7,390 nt of DNA from Candidatus Krumholzibacteriia bacterium (GTDB taxonomy: Bacteria; Krumholzibacteriota; Krumholzibacteriia; LZORAL124-64-63). The stretch spans positions 1 to 7,390 of the forward strand of contig JAZBOO010000040.1 of the NCBI GenBank assembly GCA_036351155.1, in the 5' to 3' direction. Positions 5,591 to 7,390 of this stretch are shown piece after piece. The stretch's first letter is position 1; every line of letters starts with the position of its first letter. The notes beneath the pieces are model-generated. The model was not told where the DNA came from. It did not search any database and was given only the letters and a program-made list of their open reading frames with translations. The translations under genes were made by a program, and so were the position numbers.

Positions 5591-7368
5591 AGGGACTCCA
5601 GCTCCTCCCAGCGGGCATAACCCGCCTCCAGTTCCGCCTCGATTTCCTCGAGCCGCTTCTTCAGATCGACCACCCGGGCGGGAGCTTCCTGGTACAGCTT
5701 GGGGTCGGCCATCTGCCCGTGGATCTGCTCCTGCTCGGCCTCCCAGACTTCGATTTGCCCGGGCAGCGCCTCCAGCTCCTTCTTTTCCTTGTAGCTCAGG
5801 CGGCGCGGCTGGTCGACCCTGGGCTTGGCTTTGCCCTCTTTTTTCTTGGGCTTCTCGCCGGCTACGGTCTGCCGCGAAACCCGCGCCCAGTCCGAATAGC
5901 CGCCCACCGTCTCGGTCACCCGGCCGTCCCCCTCCAGGGCCAGGGTGCTGGTGGTCACGTTGTCCAGGAACTCGCGATCGTGGCTGACCAGCAGCATGGT
6001 CCCCTCGAAGTTGACCAGCAGCTCCTCCAGCAGTTCCAGGGTTTCCAGGTCCAGGTCGTTGGTGGGTTCGTCCAGCACCAGCAGGTTGGCCGGCTGGGTG
6101 AACAGGCGGGCCAGCAGCAGGCGGTTCCGCTCGCCTCCCGACAGATGGGTGATGGGCGACCGCGCGCGATCGGGCGAGAACAGGAAGTTCTGCAGATAGG
6201 TGATGATGTGCATGGGCTGGCCGTTGAAGTTGATGGTGGGGTTGCCCTCACTCACGTTCTCCAGCACCGTCTTGGTTTCGTCCAGCTGGGCGCGCTGCTG
6301 ATCGAAGTAGGCCACCTGCAGCTTGGTCCCGGTCTGGATAGTGCCCTCGGTGGGCGCCAGCTCTCCCAGCAGCAACCGCAGCAGGGTGGTCTTGCCCGAG
6401 CCGTTGGGGCCCAGAATACCCACCTTGTCCCCGCGCATGATCATGGTGTTCAGGCCCTGGACCATCACCTTGTCCGGCCAGGAGAATGCCAGGTCCCGGG
6501 TGCGGATCACCAGCCGGCCGCTCTGGTCGCTGTCCTGCAGCTGAATACGCGCATCACCGGTCTGGGTCCGGCGCGACTGCCTCTGCTCGCGCATCTCCAT
6601 CAAGGAGCGCACCCGGCCCTCGTTGCGGGTCCGGCGGTCGCGCACCCCCTGGCGGATCCACACCTCTTCCTCGGCCAGCTTGCGGTCGAAGGCCGCCCAC
6701 TGATTCTTCTCGTCGCGCAGGTGCTCGTCGCGGCGCACCAGGAAGGTGTCGTAGTTGCAGGTCCAGTCGCGCAAACGGCCGCGGTCTAGCTCGATGATCC
6801 GCTGGGCCACCGCCCGCAGAAATGCCCGGTCATGGGTCACGAAGAACAGGGCCCCACTGAAGCGCGCCAGCTGATCTTCCAGCCAGGCGATGGCGTCGAT
6901 GTCCAGGTGGTTGGTGGGTTCGTCCAGCAGCAGCAGATCCGGCTCGATGACCATGGCCCGCGCCAGCAACACCCGGCGCTTGTTGCCCGCCGACAGGGTG
7001 GAAAACTCGGCACCTCCGTCCAGCCCGGCGCGGGTCAGCACCTGGGCCACCTGGTTGGCCAGCTCCCACGGTCCGGCATCTTCCAGATGGGCAGCCAGCC
7101 CCTGGGCCACCACCTCTTCCACCTTGCCCGTCAGATCGCGAGGCACTTCCTGAGGCAGATACCCCACCCGCAGGCCGCTTTGACGCAAGATCTCGCCGCC
7201 ATCCGGCTTGAGCTCACCGCTCATGATGCGCAACAGGGTGGTCTTGCCTTCACCGTTGCGGCCGAGCAGACTGGCCCGTTCGCCCTTCTCCACCCGCAGG
7301 TTGACATCCTGCAGGATGGCCGGGCCGCCGAGGGCCAAGGTGAGGTTTTTGAGTTCGAGTATTGCCAT
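5587..7368 (-). CDS. uup: ABC-F family ATPase, Uup-like
   Basis: Two ABC domains (GRNGEGKT / LSAG / LLLLDEPTNHLD / VTHDR and GPNGSGKT / LSGGE / LLVLDEPTNDLD / VSHDR), linker 'EEVWIRQGVRDRRTRNEGRVR', C-terminal coiled coil 'LSYKEKKELEALPGQIE...RWEELE'. No transmembrane segments. Confidence 0.93.
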   Translation of the reverse strand: MAILELKNLTLALGGPAILQDVNLRVEKGERASLLGRNGEGKTTLLRIMSGELKPDGGEILRQSGLRVGYLPQEVPRDLTGKVEEVVAQGLAAHLEDAGPWELANQVAQVLTRAGLDGGAEFSTLSAGNKRRVLLARAMVIEPDLLLLDEPTNHLDIDAIAWLEDQLARFSGALFFVTHDRAFLRAVAQRIIELDRGRLRDWTCNYDTFLVRRDEHLRDEKNQWAAFDRKLAEEEVWIRQGVRDRRTRNEGRVRSLMEMREQRQSRRTQTGDARIQLQDSDQSGRLVIRTRDLAFSWPDKVMVQGLNTMIMRGDKVGILGPNGSGKTTLLRLLLGELAPTEGTIQTGTKLQVAYFDQQRAQLDETKTVLENVSEGNPTINFNGQPMHIITYLQNFLFSPDRARSPITHLSGGERNRLLLARLFTQPANLLVLDEPTNDLDLETLELLEELLVNFEGTMLLVSHDREFLDNVTTSTLALEGDGRVTETVGGYSDWARVSRQTVAGEKPKKKEGKAKPRVDQPRRLSYKEKKELEALPGQIEVWEAEQEQIHGQMADPKLYQEAPARVVDLKKRLEEIEAELEAGYARWEELESL

Positions 7369-7390
7369 GGTCCGCCAAAGATGACCGAAC

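Noticed and set aside
4700..6789. + strand ORFs 4700-5620 and 5362-6789
   Set aside because: These are antisense shadows of yaaA and uup, and the first runs through the terminator.

Overview
GC-rich bacterial window with two convergent gene blocks separated by a bidirectional intrinsic terminator (4770-4803). The + strand carries the 3' part of an apparent envelope redox/sulfur-transfer operon. In order it encodes the C-terminus of an outer-membrane beta-barrel (<1-585), a Cys-rich TetR-family regulator (601-1218), a multiheme c-type cytochrome lipoprotein, and a four-domain rhodanese lipoprotein built from an internal duplication (2865-4754). The main observation concerns the cytochrome. The ORF track splits it into 1244-1468 and 1586-2767, but these are one reading frame interrupted by a single in-frame TGA (1466-1468) that is followed by a SECIS-like hairpin. 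It is probably a 507-aa selenocysteine-containing lipoprotein with 11 CxxCH and 1 CxxxCH motifs. The - strand carries a housekeeping pair, uup (ABC-F ATPase) overlapping yaaA by 4 nt. All family assignments come from motif recognition by eye; no searches were run.
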